From contig OZ024742.1 of the NCBI GenBank assembly GCA_964016885.1, forward strand, positions 35,216,001 through 35,280,000: a stretch of 64,000 bases of DNA. Reading direction: 5' to 3'. Under the pieces are notes generated by a model. That model had not been told where the DNA came from, searched no databases, and saw only the letters and a program-made list of their open reading frames with translations. Source of the stretch: Eledone cirrhosa (taxonomy: Eukaryota). Both the position numbers and the translations under genes were made by a program. Each line of letters starts with the position of its first letter. The stretch's first letter is position 1. Positions 50,400 to 64,000 of this stretch are shown here, in pieces.

Positions 50400-51265
50400 C
50401 ACACTAGCAGACAGACTCACTAATACACAGTAAATGCCTCGCCAAACCAAGCAACTAAACCAAAGGTATAAACTCACATATATTCTAACACACATATGCA
50501 GTAGCACACGCACATACTACACACACTAACTAACTCGCATATATATTCTAACACACACACACACACACACACTCATATATATTCTAACACAGAGTAAAGT
50601 CTTCATCTAACGAAACCAAACCAAACAACTAAACTAAAGGAATTAACACACACACTAACACATCTGCACATATACATACACTAGCACACATACTAACATT
50701 TTCATAAATACACATACATTTGTAGGCTCTAACACTCAGGCATTTATATACATACACATACACACACTCACACACACACACACTTTAGTAATAAAATAAG
50801 CAGTGGTAGTGATGGGGATGTTGGTAGTTTGTATTGGTGGTGGTGTTGATAAGACTTCTAGTATAGATGGTAATGTAATGATTACGATGAATAATTGTAG
50901 TATGGCTGGTAGTGTGGTGGTAGTGAATGGTTGTAGTGTGGTGGTAGTGGTGGTGGTGAATGGTTGTAGTGTGGTGGTAGGGGTGGGTGTAGAGTGGTGG
51001 TGGTGGTAGTGTGGTGGTACTGGTGGGTGTAGAGTGGTGGTGGTAGTGAATGGTTGTAGTGCTAGTGTGAAGGTAATGATAAGACTTTAATATAGATGGT
51101 AGTGGATAGTTGTAGTGTGGTGGTGGAGGTTTGTTACATGTAGTTATGCTGTTGTGGGTGGTAGTGGTGGTGGATTGTAATGTAGTTATAGTATGGTGGT
51201 GGTGGTAGTAGTTTGTAACATGTAGTTACTGGGTAGTTAGTGGCTGGGGAATAATATGAGATCTC

Positions 51266-51472
51266 TTAACTCTTTAGCATTTACATTACTCTATATATAC
51301 TATTATATTTTCATGGTAAAGGCTTTATCTCGCATAATTATCTCACATAATATCGAATCTATGAGATTTTGAAAGTATTTATTTTGAGAACAATACCTTA
51401 ACATCAGTATGAGTGGCCAGTTTCAACAGAAAGAGGTAGAGATTCTGACCGGTTTGAACATTAAAGGGTTAA
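51266..51472. mobile_element. TTAA-flanked MITE (piggyBac-like); partial relatives at about 39990-40154, 46790-46945, 53905-54090
   Basis: TTAA CTCTTTAGCATT ... ATTAAAGGG TTAA; shared internal ATAATATCGAATCTATGAGATTTTGA. Confidence 0.7.
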
Positions 51473-52388
51473 TGTATTGATTGGTATTTCTTATGTATGA
51501 ATGTGTGTTATTTAAAACAAGCTCTTTATAGCTTTAGAAATATATTTTAAATACAAATATGATTTCATTGTGAATTCAAAATCCAAACAACAACGACAAC
51601 AATATCAACAACAACACCAATAACCACAACAAGCAATTGCCACACCACTGCCGATAACAACAAACAACACAGTCACAATCAACAACATCAGGAAATCTAT
51701 GGAAATGAAAGTTATTGATATAGATCTGTGTATATTAAAATTCTGTTTATGGTTTCTATATATAAATATATTTATATATATTTATATATATATTTATATA
51801 TTTATATATATAAACATCACATATACATATATGTATGTGTGTATATAATGTATAAATGTATGGTTCTATATACAATATAAATTAAGCAAGTATATAAACA
51901 TGTGTATGCACATATGTATGTGTATGTTTTCTATATACAACATCAATTAAACAGAAAATGTATAAATGTGTGTATATACATATATATGTATATATATATA
52001 TGTGTGTGTGTGTGTGGTTTCTATTTACAGCAAAAATTAAACAAATGTATAAATGTGTGTGTGTGTGTCTGAATGTGTGTTTCTGTGAATGTGTGTGTAT
52101 GTGTAGTCATACATATGTAAAATTGTAGAATATTGATTGTTATTTTTTATATATAATTATAAATCTGTACATTATGTAGAATGTTTCTATTTAAATGATT
52201 ATTTCATGCTGACACCCACCTCATTTCCTCTGCCTGTCGGCCATCATATTTCTCATTTTGATTTTGCATTTCGTTTTGCAAAGTTGTGTGTGAGTGTGTG
52301 TATATAAAAATATGCATTCAGATATACTTACTTACATACAAACATATATAACTGTATATTGTGAGTATATATATATATATATATATAT

Positions 52389-53283
52389 AAATATAAGTAT
52401 GTATACGTACATACATATATGTATACAGTCGTACAGTAGTATGTATATATATACATACATGCACACATATATATATGTACGTATGGCTTTACCGAACATT
52501 TATTATAATGTTCGGTTTGTTTGTAACCAAACAGCCCGAATTAAGACGTACAATGTTTGACAACCATCGTTGCCCTTTTGTTCAACACTGACAAAGGAAC
52601 GATGAACTAGTTTCAAGCTTATTAGCTATCATCAGCATCGTATACCTTCCTGTCAGATGATTGAACGTTTGAAAGTATATACTTTCCTTATGCATATTAA
52701 TGGCTGAGCAGCCTAATTTGCATATCGAGTGAGTTAATCGGCCGGGCGCACTGAAAACGATAAATGGAAAAGAATGAAATGAAATTTCATTTCTCACTCT
52801 CAGTACGGCTGATACTTAAATATAAGTATGTATACGCACATACATATATGTATACTGACGTACAGTAGTATGTATATATATACATACATGCACACATATA
52901 TATATGTACGTATGGGTTTACCGAGTATTTATTATAATGTTCGGGCTGTCTGTAAACAAACAGCCCGAATTATTAGCCGTACAGTGTTCAGGCAACCATC
53001 GTCACCTTTTTGTTCAACACTGACACAGGAACGATGTACTAGTTTCAAATAAACCGAACATTATAATAAATGTTCGGTAAACCCATACGTACATATATAT
53101 ATGTGTGCATGTATGTATATATATACATACTACTGTACATCTGTATACATATAAGTATGTACGTATACATACTTATATTTAAGTATCAGCCGTACTAAGC
53201 GTGAGAAATGAAATTTCATTTCTCACTCTTAGTACGGCTGATACTTAAATGTAAGTATGTATACGCACATACTTATATGTATA

Positions 53284-53287
<4 letters not shown>
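52389..53287. mobile_element. about 429-bp hammerhead-bearing unit: 1.5 tandem copies, an inverted segment and a re-inverted segment
   Basis: ATATAAGTATGTATACG at 52391 and 52820; inversion at about 53050; second turn at palindrome GTGAGAAATGAAATTTCATTTCTCAC (53201-53226); (TA)n flanks. Confidence 0.88.
52599..52641 (-). ncRNA. minimal type I hammerhead ribozyme
   Basis: Reverse complement: ACGATG CTGATGA T-AGCT AATA AGCT-T GAAA CTAG TT CATCGT; perfect 6-bp stem I, palindromic CTAG. Confidence 0.82.
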
Positions 53288-53340
<53 letters not shown>

Positions 53341-54094
53341 TACGTATCGAGAGAGAAAAGGAGGGATAGGCGATACATGTAGTTATTTGCCAATAGCGTA
53401 TGCAGAGGGTGCTCAATACTAGTGCCGGCAGTGTTAAATATTAGAAGTGTTAATATCTAGTGGGCGAGAGAATTAGCAGAGCGTAAGCATGTGTAGAAGT
53501 AAAATACAGGAGAACAGACCATTAAAACATGTTTATAGACCGTTAAAACATATATATATATATATATATATACGTATGTATATAGCTATAAACACACATC
53601 TTTATATATATATAACCCATGCAAGCATGGAAAATAGATGTCAAATGGTGATGATGATGTATAAGTAAATGTGAGCATGCCCACATGCACGTGTGTGTGT
53701 GTGTCTGTATGTGGTTTATTGGATATTGAAGGTTCTCGTTCCCAATCTTCAAGCAATTATGAAAAATACAGCATAAAGATGGAGCAGATTTTTTAATATA
53801 GTAGAAGGTATTGATTGGGTAGAATATAGCAAAGGGCTTTCATTGGTTGACAATGTCATATTAGAGAAGTGGGCTGACTAGCTAGTAGATAAGGGGCACC
53901 AAATATTTAAACTGGCTGTATCTGGCCAAAATTCTCTCACCTCTTTCTGTTCAAACTGGCTGTAACCAACTGTTCAAACTGACATTATGGTATTGTTCTC
54001 CAAATAAATAACATCAAAATCTCATAGATTCAATATCATGTGAGATGATTATGTAAGATAAAACCTATACCACAAAAAAACCATAGTATATATA

Positions 54095-54424
54095 TCATCA
54101 TCATCATTTTTTACATCCGCTTTTCCCTGCTTGCAAGGGTGGGACGGGAACTGATTCTGGCTTGATTTCTATAGCTGGATGCCCTTCCTAACACCAACCT
54201 CATTTACAGTGAGTGCTGGGTCCTTTTTTGTCGTGGCACCTCCACGACCACTTTGCAGTGGAATCATAGGGACCCCAGTCCCTATCATCTCATTTCTACA
54301 GCTGAGTAAACTGGAGCAATGTGAAATAAAGTGTCTTGCTCAAGGAAACAACACATCACTCGGTCTGAGAATTGAACTCACAATCTTTCGATTGCAAGCT
54401 CTAACCACTAAGCCGTGTGCCTCC
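54095..54424 (-). mobile_element. SINE family 1
   Basis: Same body and tail; small deletion in head. Confidence 0.87.
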
Positions 54425-54438
54425 AAATATATATATAT

Positions 54439-57400
54439 GGGCTAACATAACCCCATCGCCCCACCGCCCCCAACCCCCAAACGCAATCCAAAACTTCAGA
54501 GTTGGTACCATAAATGTAGGCACCTTAAAGGGTCGCGCTAACGAGGTTGTAGAAATGCTTGAACGTAAGGAGGTCGATGTTTGTTGTATTCAAGAGACCA
54601 GATGGAGGGGTGGGTCTGCTAGATTCATTGAGGGTAAAAAACGATGTTATAAGCTTTTCTGGGTGGGAAACGACGATGGGCTGGGTGGAGTAGGAATCAT
54701 GGTAGCAGAAAAGTGGGCAGATAAGATAATAGACGTAAATAGAGTGAACGACAGAATAATTAAAATAAGACTTGTCCTCAATAGAACTACGGTGACAGTA
54801 ATATCTGCGTACGCACCCCAATCCGGACTGCCCGGCACTATAAAAGACAGATTCTATGAGACACTGATGCTCACTACCTCCCAAATAATCGACAGTGACT
54901 ATATAATTATCGCAGGCGACCTAAATGGTCACGTTGGACAACATTGTGACGGCTACGACGAAATCCATGGAGGCTATGGGTTTGGTACTAGAAATGAGGA
55001 AGGCTCCAGAATCCTGGAATTCTGTGACGCAAATAACCTAACTATCTGTAACACTAACTTCAAAAAACGTGACAATCACCTGATCACCTATAGATCCGGG
55101 GAACACACAAGCCAGGTAGATTATATCCTTACCAGAAGACGTGACAGAGTGTCTGTTGTAAACACTAAATCCCTCCCCCATGAAGAATGCACCTCCCAAC
55201 ATAGACTGATAATTAGCGACCTCATAGTCAGGACGAGACGTACTCGACAGCAGAAGAGGACTATCCTCAGGAGAAAAGTATGGAAGCTAAAGGACCCCAC
55301 AGCCAGAAATAAATTTCAAAGCATATTGCTTGATGCTTTCGACAGTAAGGAAGAGCATTTAGAGTCGGACAATATAGAGGGCCAGTGGGAATTTCTGAAA
55401 GCAAACCTGCTGATGGCGACAGACGAAGTCTGTGGCTGGAGCAGGCCTGTAGGCAGGAGGAGAGTAACATGGTGGTGGAACAGTAGGGTGGAGGGGTCAA
55501 TTAAGGCCAAAAAGCAGGCTTGGAAAGTATGGCGGGATGGGGGAAGTAGAGAAGACTATCAAGTGGCCAGGAGGGAGGCTAGGAGACAAGTGTACTTCGC
55601 AAGAAGGGAAGCAGAGGAAAGAAAGTTCAAGCATGTTCTACAACGCGAGGACCAAAAACGTGAGGTGTTCAGGATTGCTAGGCAATGTGTCAAGGAAAAC
55701 CGTGATATTGTCAGGGAGAAGTGTGTACTTAATGATGATGGCGTACTTGCCATCACCGACGCTGATAAGAAGGTAGCTTGGAAGTGCCACTATGAAAGGC
55801 TACTAAATGAGGAGAATAAATGGGAGAAAGACAGTCTCCCCCACATCGACCCAATAGAGGGACCAGCAGTGTTAGTCGAGGGTAGTATAATAAGTAAGGC
55901 AATCAAGGATATGAAGACGGGTAAGGCGGCTGGGCCTTCGGAAATAGTTGCTGAGATGCTGAAGGCATCTGGCTCGGTGGGACACACCTTGGTCACCCGG
56001 ATAGTTAACCAAGTCCTACAGAATGGGGTTGTTCCGAAGGACTGGCATAGCAGCATCATCGTTAACTGTTATAAGGGTAAAGGAGATGCCCTAGATAGGA
56101 GTAACTATAGAGGCATTAAACTAATCGACCAGGTCATGAAGGTCACGGAAAAAGTAATAGCGCAACTAATCAGAGAGAGAATTGACCTAGATGAAATGCA
56201 GTTCGGGTTTGTGTCAGGCAAAAGTACCACAGACGCTCTTTTCATTGTACGTCAACTACAGAAGTACCTAGCTAAAGTTAAACCCCTCTACTTAGCTTTT
56301 GTCGACTTGGAGAAAGCCTTCGACAGAGTCCCCCGTTCCATTATCTAGTGGGCCCTTAGAAAACTAGGTGTCGACGAATGGCTTGTGAGAGCTATACAAG
56401 CCATGTATAAAGAAACAGTCAGCAAGGTTAGAATTAACAACGAATATGGTGAAGAGTTTAGCGTAAAAGTTGGCGTCCATCAGGGCTCTGTTCTCAGCCC
56501 CCTACTATTTATTATTGCCCTTCAGGCTATAACAGAGGAGTTCAAGACCGGCTGCCCATGGGAACTCCTATACGCAGACGACCTGACACTCATAGCTGAA
56601 TCAATGGCCGAGCTAGAGAAGAAATTCCAAACATGGAAGCACGGCCTAGAATCAAAAGGCCTTAAAATTAACCTGGCTAAGACTAAAGTTCTAGTTTGTA
56701 GGAAAGAAAATAAGGCGGCGGTCCCTTCCGGGAAATGGCCATGCTCAGTGTGTAGGAAAGGCGTAGGTAGAAACTCCATTTTATGTCCCAAATGCAAAGT
56801 ATGGGTGCATAAAAGATGTAGTGGGATCACAGGTAAGCTAACTAAGAACTTAGATTTTACATGTGGGCGGTGCTCTGGTGCAATAAGTAGCAGCGAGTGC
56901 CCACAAAATACTAACTCTTTCAATTGCGCAGAGGGCTCTATAGAAATAGTGGACAGCTTCCGTTACCTGGGTGACAAAATCAGCAGTGGGGGAGGGTGCT
57001 CCGAAAGTACAGTAGCTAGAGTCAGAACTGGATGGAAAAAGTTCAGAGAGCTTATACCACTATTAGCCGCTAAAGGGTTCTCCCTAAAAATGAAAGGCAG
57101 GTTGTATGATGCCTGCATACGAACAGCAATGTTGCATGGCAGTGAGACCTGGGCATTGTGCGCAGAGGATATACGCAGACTAGAGAGGAACGAAGCTTGC
57201 ATGCTCCGCTGGATGTGTAATAGTAATATACGTGAACGGCAAAGCATAAACGATCTAAGGAAAAAATTAGAAATAAGAGGGATCAGATGTTGTTTACTCG
57301 AGAGAAGGCTACGTTGGTACGGACATGTGATGCGCATGAAAGTCGATAGCTGTATAACAAAGTGCAGGGCAGGCAATAAAGATAGACGGTAGCCACGGAA

Positions 57401-57906
57401 TAGGCAGACCTAGAAAATCCGACGAGCTGATAAACTCCGACCTCACACACTTACACCTCTCCAAGACAATGTCACTGGACCGAGACCTTTGGCGGTACTC
57501 AGTAATAGAGAAGACACGCCTTACCTAAATACATAGTAAAACCTACTACAGCCAGTAGGCATCTCTAACAAAATACACCCCCGTCCCACCACACCACCCC
57601 CTCCTATGTAAAGTTATGTTGGTGCCACAACATCCAGGCCGAAACAAATGAGATCGTGTAGGTGTCACGACAAAAAAACACACAGTCCACGCTGTAATGT
57701 GGCCGTGTAGGCAACACGGTAAAAACCTCCCAGTCCCACACTGTAAATGTGGTTGGTGTTAGGAAGGGCATCCAACTGTAGAAAACCTGCCAGACAGTCC
57801 TATGCGAGCAAGACAATCACTCTTGCCTCAAGTGGGAATACCCCCGTCCAAACCCATGCAAGCGTGGAACACGGACGTTAAACGTTGATGATGATGATGA
57901 TGATGA
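54439..57906 (+). mobile_element. near-full-length RTE subfamily B LINE (APE endonuclease + RT + PHD-like finger), inactivated by few lesions
   Basis: GTINVGTL, CIQETRW, SAYAPQ, GDLNGH, VDYIL (APE); full RT motifs; TAG at 56346-56348, frameshift near 57370; (GAT)n tail. Confidence 0.96.
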
Positions 57907-57925
57907 TATATATATATATATATAT

Positions 57926-57962
<37 letters not shown>

Positions 57963-58649
57963 TGCAAATGCTAAAGGCACATTTAAAAAAATATCCTTTC
58001 CCAAATATTTATTTGTTATTTCTGATAACCCCATCCTAATTTGTCTGATTCACACTCTACTCTCTATTTTTTTTAATAATGCTAACTTCAACAACAGGGA
58101 TAGATGAAACACTCATGATGAACCATGCATGGGGCCCCTTGCTAAACATTTTATTGGAGCCTTTGCATATTATTTCTGGTTGAAAAAAAAATTATTTGGG
58201 ACCTTTAGATATTGGAGACTTCTGTCTACAAGGATTTTCTCTTTGGATGAATATCAGATTGTTTGATGTTTAAATGTAGAAGAAACATTTTAAGACCATT
58301 TTCCTCTGCTATTGCAAGAGTTAGTTTTGTGAACCTCATGGCAGACTTTATATTGATAATAAGTTCCTTTTTGAGGGAATGTTTTACAACTTGGTTTCCT
58401 TCCTGGTGCTAACCCTTTTAGACACTTCTTATGAGATGCAGGGATATGATATACTTATTCTAAACAGCATACAGACAGAAAATGTTATGTATGTATTGTC
58501 AGAGAATATATTGCTTGAAATATCTTAATGAAATAGCATCCTTGGAAGATGAAGTAAATAATCTCAGAATCCATAACTGCTGACTGTTGATATAAGGTTC
58601 TTTTCCAGGCAAGTTTATACAGTCAGATGCCCTTCTTGGCACCCACCCC

Positions 58650-59170
58650 TTTAATCACCTTTTTATAACATGCAGGTATATGGTGTACTTATTCTAAACC
58701 AGATACATCCAAACTGGGGGAAGTGTAGTATTGCAAGACAGTGAAACACAGACATTGAATGTGGAGTGTGAAGGATGGATTGATGTCTAGAAATGAGGCA
58801 AGCATACTTCACTGGATGTGTAACATTAGCATGTATGCATGACAGAGCAGAAATGAGCTGAGAGGTGAAATAGTTGTGAGAGAAATCAGCTGCAGTGTGC
58901 AAGATTAGAAGACTTAAACTGTGCTGCATTTCATGGTGTGGACATATGATGCATATGACAGTTCGGTGGCTGAAGGAGTGTCAAGCTATCCACGTGGAAG
59001 AAGCCTGTGAGAGAGGATGGAGGGCATAGGTAGAAGTGAGGAAGGAGAATCTCTTGAAGATGAATGAGCTGTAATTATAATGAGTGGTGAGAGGCACTGC
59101 TGGAGAAGACTTGTCTAACCCATGCAAGCATACAAACTTTGATGTAAAATATTGATGATGATGATGATGG
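58650..59170 (+). mobile_element. highly degenerate RTE 3' fragment
   Basis: AGAAATGAGGCAAGCATACTTCACTGGATGTGTAAC (RNEASILHWMCN) and AACCCATGCAAGCAT...(GAT)n end. Confidence 0.65.
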
Positions 59171-59439
59171 TGATGGGGTGGTGATGATGATGGGGGTGAT
59201 TATGATGATGGTGATGTGATGATAATGATGATGGAGTGATGATAATGGTGGGGTGATGATGATGATGGGGTGTTGATGATAATGGTGATGGTGGTGATGG
59301 TGATGATGATGACTAGGACATGTTCGACCACATCGCTACATAGCAACACAATCACTTTCAGATATTGTTTGTAGCTATAATAGTTAGTACACTGACCACA
59401 AGAAAGGGAAATTCGTTCTCTCTCACACACACACATACA

Positions 59440-59830
59440 CACCACATAATATTTATACTCACACAGACACACATATTAATGAACACACATACACATGCAT
59501 ATCTATAAATACACACATACACATGCATAAACACACACACATATTAATGAACACAGATACACATGCATATCTATAAATACACACACACATATTAATGAAC
59601 ACAGATACACATGCATATCTATAAATACACACACACATATTAATGAACACACATACACATGCATAAACACACACACACACATATTAATGAACACACATAC
59701 ACATGCATATCTATAAACACACACACACACATTAATGAACACACATACACATGCGGGTCTATAAACACACACGTATTAATGAACATACATACACATGCAT
59801 GTCTATAAACACACACACACTCACACTCAT
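59440..59830. repeat. degenerate about 46-50-bp CA-rich tandem repeat
   Basis: CACATATTAATGAACACACATACACATGCATATCTATAAA recurring. Confidence 0.85.
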
Positions 59831-61189
59831 ATATACACATACATAAATACATCTCTTCTTATCCATACACACTGATGTATGTCCATACACACATCTTTTA
59901 GATTAATGATAGCTTTAATAATTAGTTGTGTCAAATACATTCAAATATTTACAGAATATCCTCACACATACACGTACACACATGTACACATACACACACA
60001 CACACGTACACATACACACACGTACATAACAGGGTTTTTTTTGTTGTTTTTTCAGATATTGGTAGTTATAATGTAAAATATATTAACCTTTTCGTTATCA
60101 TATTTATATGCATACATGTTGTTTAATCAATGGAACAGCCTGCTCATAAAATTAACATGTAAGTGGCTGAGCATTCTACACACACATATATATCCTATGT
60201 AATTCTCAGGAAGATTCAGCGTGATACAGCATGTGACAAGGCTGGACCTTTGAATTGCAAGTGCAACTCATTTTTGCTAGCTGAGTGAACTGGAGCAACA
60301 TGAAATAGAGTGTCTTGCTCAAGGACACAACACACAGCTAGGAATCAAACTCCTGCCCTTATAATCATGAGCCAAACACCCCTAATATCTAAGCCATATG
60401 CATACATGCACACACATATTCACACAAAGACAAGCACCCACATACATATGCACATAGCCACACTCATAGGCATAGCAACACAATTTCTCTTAGATTAATG
60501 ATAGCTTTAATAATTAGTTGTGTCAAATCACCCAAATATTTACAGCATATCTTCCTACACGCAAACACCCACACACATATAAAGGTACATAACTTGTTTC
60601 AAGATATCCATATTTGTAATGAAAATCACTGCCTACGATTTTTAAATAATTTTTGAAAATAATCAAGAATTTCAAGGGATATTGTAATATAACTAATTTT
60701 TTAATTATTTAGCTGTTGCTGGGGACAACCTGAAAGGGTTGATAAATGTTCTTACATAAAATTATGATTTTTACATAAAATTATGGTTTTTAGATAAATT
60801 TATACATTTTAACCCTTTTCTTACCATATTTCTAATGAAAGACACTATGATTTTCAAATAATTTTGAAAATAATCAAGAATTTGGAACGATTTAGTAACA
60901 TGGCTAGCTTTCTTGTTATTAAGTTAGTGCCTGGAACATAAGAATGCTTCTTAAAACCATCTTCTTGCTTTTGTTCTATGAAACTGGGGTTATCCTAGGT
61001 CAGCAATCCCAGAGACATGATCAAAGATTTTAAAATAGATATACTACAACAAACATTTCAAGGCCATCTTCCTGGCAAGTTTCATACTCATTATGGAGCC
61101 TTTTTTTAGGCAATGTTATGTGGCTGAATGCCTTTCGTAGCATGAACCGTTTTAGTCACTTCTTGTGACATGTAAATGAATATACACTT

Positions 61190-61492
61190 TAAATTTTTTT
61201 ATACCAACCCAGCCAAAGGCATCTCTGGTTCTGTGGAACAAAACACCCATTTTAAAGGGTTCCAATTTAAATTTAAATTTTCCAACATAATTTTATACAA
61301 AAACAATATGTTAAATTACTATCTTAGTTGAGAAATAATTAATAATATTTAGCAAATCCCTCAAAACCTTTCATTGATTAATTGAAATGGAATGCATTTC
61401 ATAAGAAATACCACCAAGAAAAGGTTAAAACAAACAGTTTTCTATCATAGAAACAGGGGCAGTTTTAGGTGGGTTGGTATCAAAAGAGTTAA
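61190..61492. mobile_element. possible old TTAA-flanked MITE
   Basis: TTTATACCAACCC ... GGGTTGGTATCAAAAGAGTTAA imperfect inverted ends. Confidence 0.45.
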
Positions 61493-63013
61493 GAAATGCA
61501 ATGTGAGGTGAGGTTGTGGGTTTACATTAAGAGTAACGCATACTTTGTCCTTGACTAAATAGTAAAAATGCAATTCTTCTCCCACTATAATTTTACAGTA
61601 ACATAGTTATTGTAAAAACCATGGTTACTGTGGTCACCTTGGTTACTGTAGTCACCATTGTTTGGCCAGACTTCTTCCTAGTCTTGTAGGAACTTTGGTA
61701 TTTCTGATGTGGTCTATTGTCTCCTGTATCACCACCATCACTGCCATTGTTATCAACATCACCACCACCGACTGGTATGGTCTACTGTCTCTTACATCAA
61801 CGCCACCACTGTTACCTACACTATCACCAGCATTACCTGTACCATCAACACCGACACCACCACAATCATTGCTACCACTGCCATTATCACCATGATGATG
61901 AGGATGACATTAATGATCATGCAGGTGATGATTATAATGAGATGGTTGTGATGATGATAGTGGTGGTGGTGAGGTTAGATATAGATTATTTGTTGTGTTT
62001 AATGAAATGATTGGTTGGAGGTTAGAACAGGGTGGAATAATGTTTTTACAGATGTGTATACATGCAATTGTTTATGCGCTGATAGATATAGATATATGTA
62101 TGATAGTGTGTGTATATGTGTATGTCATCATCATTTTATGCACACTTTTCACACTGGCATGGGTTGGATAGGTTATCACAGTCCAAGGCCAGATGGGTCA
62201 GAACGATCTCATCTTGCTCATTATGTCATATATTTGGCATGGTTACTATGGCTAGATGTATTTTTGTGGCATTAGCACTACCACTTTACAGAGTACACTA
62301 GGTGCATTTTAGCATAGCACCAGCACTAACACACTGCAGAGTGTACTGGGTGCATTTTATTGTGGCACCAGTTGATGTATGTATATGTATATATGATAGG
62401 ATATGTATATATATATGCACACACACACACACACACACACACTCGTGTGTGTGTGTGTGTGTGTGTGATAGGAAGGACATCCAGCTGTGGAAACCGTGCC
62501 AAATCTAGAATGTATGTAAGCAAGATATGGCTTCCAACCCTCTGTTAGGACAGTAACTATGATTAAATGTTGCCAGTTTGGAAAAGTGGATGTTTAATGG
62601 CGATAATGATATTTATATGTATCTATATGTGAGTATGCATGTGTATGTTTATCACCCACACAGTTATTTCACCAAACAAGTGCATAAATAACGTCAAGAT
62701 CAGCTTTGCCCTTCATACTTCTAGGGTCAATAAAATAAAGTATCAGTCAAATACTGAAGTTGATTTACTTTCCCATCCCACTAAATTGTTGGTCTTCTGC
62801 CTGAATTAAAAAACTACTTTTTTTTAATTGTATACTATGTATTCCTAATTTGTATCCTATGTATACTTGTTACCTTTTTTTTCTCATTCCTATGTAAACT
62901 CCACCTTCGTGTTGCAACTTGTTTCTGTAATATCTCCTTCAACTGATGCCCTTGTGACAAATAAAATAAATAACCATTGTTATTATTAAGAAGAAAGAAA
63001 GCAGTATTATTAA

Positions 63014-63985
63014 GGGCAGTGGTTTGGCAGTATCAGTAGAGCATCAGACACCATGCTTTGCAGCAAAAAGTTATGCCCCTTTATGATCTGAGTTCAAATC
63101 CTGCCATGGTTAACTTTGCCTTTCATCCTTACGGGGTTGATAAAATAAAGCACCAGTAATACACTGGGGTAATTGCTGGCCTTGTGCCAAAAAGTAGAAA
63201 TTATTGTTATTATTAAGGGCAGTGGTTTGGTAGTATCGGTAGAGCATCAGACACCATGCTTTTCAGCATAGTTATGGCCCTTTACCTTTCAACCTGATGG
63301 GGGTCGATAAAATAAAGCACCAGTAATACACTTGGGTAATTGCTGGCCTTGTGCCAAAAGTAGAAACTGAGTTCAAATCCTGCCGAGGTTAACTTTGCCT
63401 TTCATCCTTACGCGATCGATAAAATAAAGTACCAGTAATCTAATGGGTAGTTGCTGGCCTTGTGCCAATGGTAGAAACAATTATTATTATTATCATTATT
63501 ATTTTGCCTGTTATCACTGCATTACCAAGCGCAGCTTTCTGCACCTTGGGTATGTATGTGCTGTGTGGTTTTTGGTGATGTTTGTTCTATTGTGTTGAGA
63601 ATAATCTTCGTAATGTGTGTGTGGTGCCTAGTAGTGATATTTTTTGTATGTTATATATATTTGTGAGTCCTGAAGTTTTGGTTATCTACCTGTCTGCGCG
63701 CTTTTTTATCATTCCTAGAGCATTGATAATTATAGGTTTTTGTCTTCAACATCCACATTTGGGTTATTTCTATCTCTAGATCTTTATATTTGGATATTAT
63801 TATTATTAGGATTGGCAGTATCGGTAGAGGGTTAGACGCCATGCTTTGACGCATAGAGTCATGCCATTCTGAGTTCAAATCCCGCCGAGGTTAACTTTGC
63901 CTTTCATCCTTTCGGGGTCGATAAAATAAAGTACCAGTAATACACTGGGTAATTGCTGGCCTTGTGCCAAATGTAGAAACAATAA
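63014..63985 (+). mobile_element. cluster of SINE family 2 copies (63014-63205, 63218-63480, 63810-63985)
   Basis: TGGCAGTATCRGTAGAG A-box-like head, GAGTTCAAATCC B box, Nin/Deu-like core, (ATT)n tails. Confidence 0.82.
63490..63805 (-). mobile_element. R4/Dong-like non-LTR retrotransposon 3' fragment (restriction-like endonuclease C-terminus)
   Basis: KYKDLEIEITQMWMLKT..PIIINALGMIKK..IQKISLLGTTHTLRR across a frameshift; flanked by (TAA)n. Confidence 0.7.
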
Positions 63986-64000
63986 TCATTATAATCATTA

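Overview
AT-rich, repeat-saturated animal DNA with no recognisable intact host gene. The repeat content (RTE LINEs with (GAT)n tails, two tRNA-derived SINE families, long (TA)n/(GTT)n/(CAC)n tracts) suggests an octopus or other coleoid cephalopod; this is inference, not a search result. Coding sequence is almost entirely retrotransposon: one near-full-length APE+RT RTE copy (54.4-57.9 kb), an uninterrupted 793-aa 5'-truncated copy (9.0-11.4 kb), many fragments, and an R4/Dong-like tail. Most other ORFs in the track are microsatellite artefacts. The most interesting signal is non-coding: short AT-rich elements sitting in (TA)n tracts that carry minimal type I hammerhead ribozymes (CUGANGA-stem II-GAAA-palindromic stem III-UH) and are arranged as tandem and/or inverted copies. 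I read 12 complete hammerhead motifs at five loci in about three sequence groups (1.1-3.0 kb with a relative at 26.0-26.4 kb; 13.3-13.9 and 15.8-16.2 kb; 52.4-53.3 kb), with compensatory base changes between groups. The best case is a 310-bp unit repeated about 3.8x and then about 2.2x inverted, resembling a Penelope-mobilised non-LTR retrozyme (circular RNA) insertion. Boundaries were read by eye and may be off by a few bases.
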